In this document: positions 41,628-44,110 of the stretch, one piece after another | Numbering within the stretch: position 1 is the stretch's first letter | How the letters are laid out: every line of letters starts with the position of its first letter | From: Chloroflexota bacterium | Lineage (GTDB): Bacteria > Chloroflexota > Limnocylindria > Limnocylindrales > CSP1-4 | NCBI GenBank assembly: GCA_043739665.1 | Contig: JAYUDR010000008.1 | Coordinates: forward strand, 1-44,110 | Direction: 5' to 3' | DNA length: 44,110 nt | Program-made: the position numbers and the translations under genes | Notes under the pieces: generated by a model | The model's input: only the letters and a program-made list of their open reading frames with translations | The model's database searches: none | What the model was told of the DNA's origin: nothing

Positions 41628-42983
41628 CTACAGGAAGAGCCGCGGATTCATGAATTGGCCGTTGACACGGACCCCCCAATGCAAGTGGCAACCCGACGAG
41701 TGGCCTGTCGTGTTTTCGGTCCCCACAATCTGTCCGGACGCGACCTGCGCGCCTACGTAGATGCCTGGCGGGGCCTTGCCGGTCATATGGGCGTACCAGG
41801 TAACCATGCTGGTGGAATGGGCAATGATCACGAGCCACGCCCGAGGCGGCGCGTCGTACGGGTTGTAGCCCGCGAAAACCACCACGCCCGCCGCCGCCGC
41901 GTAGACCGGCGTGTAGCAAGGGGCGGCCAGGTCAATGCCCTGATGGAAGTGGCTGCAGCTGCCAACTCGCGGCTCCGAGGCGACGCCCGTGCATCCGAAC
42001 TCCTGGGTCACCACGCCACCCATCGGCCAACGCAGCCGACCGCTGTACTGGGACGGGATGCGGCCGCTGCCACCCTGCTTGGCGACCATGCTGTCGATCT
42101 TGCTGGCCAGGTCATCGAGAGCCTGGCCGTTGGATCTGATGGTCGCGTCCAGCGCCACCTTGTTATTTGCCAACTTCCCGTCTGCGACCCGCTGCTGTAC
42201 GAGCTGGTCGTCCAGTTGGGTCTTGAGACCCGACAGATCGGACTGGGCCTTGAGCAACTGGGCGTTCTGGTCGTCCAGGTCCTTCTTCTGCCCTCCCACC
42301 TGATCGGCGATCTGCTTGTTTGCCGAATTTGCGTCGTCAACGGTTTGGCGCAGGTTGGCCAGAATCTCTTGGTCTTGCCGGATCTTCTCGGCGACGGCCG
42401 TGTCCGCCGCGGCTAGATCGCCGTAGTACGACACGTCTGAGAGGGCCTCCGTCAGCGAACGCGCTGTCAGCAGCTGCTGAAGCAACGGGGCCTGGTCGGT
42501 GACGTAAGCGTCCCGCAGCCTGACTGCCAGGATTTCCTGCCGCACCTGGAGCTCACGCTGTTTGGCATCCTGCTGAACCGTGATCTGAGCGATCTCGGTC
42601 TTCAGCAAGAATTGCTTCGCGACAAGCCGGTCATAACGAGCCGTCACCCCGGTGAGCTCTGCCTGGAGCGCCGTGACTTGCGATTGGGCTTCGTCGAGGG
42701 AGATGCGGACGCCGGAGAGGTTCTGCTGAGTCGTGGAGATCTGGGACTTGAGACTTGTTTGCTGCTTGCCGAGCTTGGCCAGCTGGGCGTTCTGATCGGC
42801 GATCAGTTTGGCCAGGCGCTGCTGCTCCGCGATGGCATCGGAAAGTGCGTCGGCTCGGGCGGGCGCAACCGGAATGGCGAAGTTGGAAACGGGGATTAGA
42901 ACAGCCGCCACCAGAAGGATCCGCAAAAACGGCAGCAGGCGGGGGCGGCGTCGAGAGGCGCGGCGGTCGTGAGAAGCAGTCAT
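41628..42983 (-). CDS. M23 family metallopeptidase with an N-terminal coiled coil (EnvC-like architecture)
   Basis: Signal/TM, then about 280 aa of Gln/Leu/Ala coiled coil, then a LytM domain (HQGIDLAAP...GHSSGCHLHWGV). The ATG at 42983 (MTASHDRRAS) was chosen. Confidence 0.85.
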   Translation of the reverse strand: MTASHDRRASRRRPRLLPFLRILLVAAVLIPVSNFAIPVAPARADALSDAIAEQQRLAKLIADQNAQLAKLGKQQTSLKSQISTTQQNLSGVRISLDEAQSQVTALQAELTGVTARYDRLVAKQFLLKTEIAQITVQQDAKQRELQVRQEILAVRLRDAYVTDQAPLLQQLLTARSLTEALSDVSYYGDLAAADTAVAEKIRQDQEILANLRQTVDDANSANKQIADQVGGQKKDLDDQNAQLLKAQSDLSGLKTQLDDQLVQQRVADGKLANNKVALDATIRSNGQALDDLASKIDSMVAKQGGSGRIPSQYSGRLRWPMGGVVTQEFGCTGVASEPRVGSCSHFHQGIDLAAPCYTPVYAAAAGVVVFAGYNPYDAPPRAWLVIIAHSTSMVTWYAHMTGKAPPGIYVGAQVASGQIVGTENTTGHSSGCHLHWGVRVNGQFMNPRLFL

Positions 42984-43381
42984 CGTGCGAGCAAGCTCCG
43001 TTGCGCACGCCCACATCCGAGCGCGCTGTGCGGTTACGCCCGCCGGTTTGACGCGTCCTTCGGAAGGGCACTACCTCTGGACGACTCCGGCTACGCGGGA
43101 TCATACATCGCCCGGCGTCAATCAAGTCAATGTGTCCGATACACACAACCGGCCGCTCAAAGGTGCCACTCTGGTGGGGTACGGTCAGATGCGGTATGGC
43201 TGGTCTGTTTGCAACATCAAGATTCTGGCCGCGGCGCTCCCATAAGGCGCCTCAGGGGTGCTAGCCTCTAGCACACACATACGTCGGGTTCGGAGGCACT
43301 GGACTCTGCCGCATCGTCCGCATCAGTCTCACGTCCGAACCTTCAACGCCGCAGACACACGAGGGAAAGAGGCCCCCCAAG

Positions 43382-44110
43382 ATGCCGCTCTTCGGTCCCC
43401 CCAACATTCCCCAGTTGGAGGCCAAGAGAGATGTCCAAGGCCTGATCAAGGCGCTCACCTACAAAGATGCGGCGATCCGAATTGCGGCAGCCGAAGCCCT
43501 GGCCCCACTGAAAGATCCGCTCGCGGTCGAACCCCTGGTTGGGCTGCTTAAGGACGATAACGCCCGCGTACGTCGGGCCGCCATCGCGGCCTTGGCTGCG
43601 CGGGGCGGGGGGCGGGTAGTCGAGCCGCTGGTCGCCGCCCTGGACGATCCCGACCCTGACGTCCGGGCCGTCGTTGCCAAAGCCGTTTACCGGCGACTGA
43701 TGGTGGATCCAGACCAGGACACTCGCCGAGCCGCGGCCGCCGCCCTGGGCCGCATCCGCACCTTCGACTCCGTCGAGCCGCTGGTGAAGGCCATCATGGA
43801 CCCCGACGAGGACGTTCGCCTGGCCGCCATCAGGGCCCTTCAGGCCATCGGCGACGTTCAGGCGGTGGTGCCGCTGATCATTATCCTGGCCCACGAGCAG
43901 GTTCGCCAGAAGGCGACTGGACGTTCCAGCCTCGCGGTCGAGCGAGCCGCGTCGCAAGCCCTCGACGCGCTTTGTGGCCCCGGGGCGATCGGACAGCTGC
44001 AGACCGCCCTGGCTCATGACGATGCCGATGTCCGCGAGTCCGCCCTTAAGCGACTCGCCAAAATTGCTGCGCCCGAGGTCTCGGACTCACTTTCTACAGC
44101 TCTCAACGAC
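43382..44110 (+). CDS. HEAT-repeat protein (PBS-lyase HEAT-like repeats), 3'-truncated by the window edge
   Basis: I translated this myself; it is absent from the track because no stop occurs in the window. The translation reads MPLFGPPNIPQLEAKRDVQGLIKALTYKDAAIRIAAAEALAPLKDPLAVEPLVGLLKDDNARVRRAAIAAL... with a recurring D..VR..A..AL..IGD..AV.PL unit. GGGAAAGAGG lies about 10 nt upstream of the ATG. Confidence 0.75.
   Translation, partial: MPLFGPPNIPQLEAKRDVQGLIKALTYKDAAIRIAAAEALAPLKDPLAVEPLVGLLKDDNARVRRAAIAALAARGGGRVVEPLVAALDDPDPDVRAVVAKAVYRRLMVDPDQDTRRAAAAALGRIRTFDSVEPLVKAIMDPDEDVRLAAIRALQAIGDVQAVVPLIIILAHEQVRQKATGRSSLAVERAASQALDALCGPGAIGQLQTALAHDDADVRESALKRLAKIAAPEVSDSLSTALND

Noticed and set aside
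41613-42416. 267-aa plus-strand ORF
   Set aside because: It is antisense to the M23 peptidase coiled-coil region and has no motifs.
43189-43245. 18-codon mini-ORF MRYGWSVCNIKILAAALP in the AT-richer core
   Set aside because: It is too short to evaluate, has no convincing SD, and I have no comparative support.
42984-43260. c-di-AMP (ydaO-type) riboswitch upstream of the M23 peptidase
   Set aside because: I reverse-complemented the leader and looked for the conserved blocks as I recall them (GGGGA.CCCA, GGGGUGAAUCC, ACCCGAA.CCG). None is present, so this is reported only as an unexplained long leader.
43343-44017. 224-aa minus-strand ORF
   Set aside because: It is antisense to the HEAT-repeat gene, which has a clear repeat structure and an SD. 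The antisense translation is low-complexity Gly/Arg/Asp.

Overview
GC-rich, densely coding bacterial chromosomal window. The gene content looks Actinomycetota- or Chloroflexota-like, but I cannot resolve the taxon from sequence alone. I support 37 protein-coding genes (one runs off the 3' edge) and one tRNA-His(GTG). I see no rRNA, CRISPR array, transposase, integrase or phage genes. Content is mixed housekeeping and accessory: glutamate dehydrogenase, DegV, two MFS transporters (one with a MerR regulator), two GT87/DUF2029-like membrane glycosyltransferases, two convergent DoxX genes, a DUF255 thioredoxin-domain protein, BioY, GlgC, an orphan MsiK-like sugar ABC ATPase, a Nudix hydrolase, and S1C, M23 and MA-clan peptidases. 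There are two MacB/FtsX-type ABC systems. One sits in a tight six-gene module with a membrane-fusion protein, a small Gly-rich beta-domain protein and an OmpR/HK two-component pair. The items I think most deserve a second look are four. (1) A single ORF fusing an AcuC/HDAC-type deacetylase to a C-terminal GNAT domain, divergent from a second GNAT gene. (2) An uncharacterised 421-aa protein with a PD-(D/E)xK-like D...ExK core, lying between alkA and an orphan ku with no ligD in the window. (3) The 417-nt ku-GNAT intergenic region, which holds a 17-bp long-range inverted repeat enclosing 138 nt, a 34-nt direct repeat and a 9-bp triplet repeat (MITE-like element or structured RNA). (4) A probably overlooked small Cys4 zinc-ribbon ORF preceded by an 18-nt tandem repeat. 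Many genes have a TAnnnT hexamer 6-8 nt upstream of the ATG and no Shine-Dalgarno, which suggests frequent leaderless transcripts; I used this to choose starts. All family calls come from motif recognition by eye, not from database searches. Many long ORFs in the six-frame track are off-frame or antisense shadows typical of high-GC DNA and were rejected.
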